Source: Owenia fusiformis
Lineage: Eukaryota
Reading direction: 5' to 3'
Assembly: GCA_903813345.2 (NCBI GenBank)
Contig: CAIIXF020000001.1
Location: 35,836,001 to 35,900,000, forward strand
DNA length: 64,000 bases
Notes under the pieces: model-generated
What the model was told of the DNA's origin: nothing
The model's input: only the letters and a program-made list of their open reading frames with translations
Database searches by the model: none
Shown: in pieces, positions 63,861 to 64,000 of the stretch
How positions within the stretch are numbered: position 1 is the stretch's first letter
Layout: each line of letters starts with the position of its first letter
Translations under genes and position numbers: made by a program

Positions 63861-64000
63861 ATTTTAAAGGTCTAAGTTGCTCATGACACCACAAGCTATT
63901 CAGATATGTAAGATCTCTAAATAATTTTTATAGTTCTGAGAAACTCATCCTTAAATATTGTCCAACGATGTGCACTATGTTGTTTATTGCCACATGGACA

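Overview
AT-rich, intron-rich animal genomic DNA, most likely a lophotrochozoan and probably a mollusc (judged from the p53-family N- and C-terminal motifs). Four protein-coding genes can be reconstructed by hand from GT-AG exons with consistent phases. (1) A p53/p63/p73-family gene (+, CDS 10467-31433) with TA exons, a candidate internal DeltaN first exon preceded by a perfect p53 response element, a candidate cassette exon carrying a CtBP-like motif, an intact DNA-binding domain, an oligomerisation domain, and alternative C-termini (an AT-hook-like terminal exon, or SAM plus HOMO exons). (2) A METTL24-like methyltransferase gene (-, 23165-27638) nested antisense inside the p53-family intron that separates the two C-terminal options. 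(3) A vasculin/GPBP1-like gene (-, 35878-41738), head-to-head with (4) TMEM69 (+, 44567-45352). The start of a fifth, unidentified gene probably lies at about 50.8-51.0 kb. The rest is dense in non-autonomous DNA transposons (TIR/TSD-defined MITEs, a 3.2 kb element carrying tandem hairpin arrays built from its own TIR, and Helentron/pearl-like satellite carriers) and in minisatellites. The most interesting signal is the p53-family regulatory design: the transactivation motif lacks the W23-equivalent, while a p53RE-driven internal promoter could make a DeltaN isoform, possibly a CtBP-recruiting one. All gene models and family calls come from manual reading and are not database-verified.
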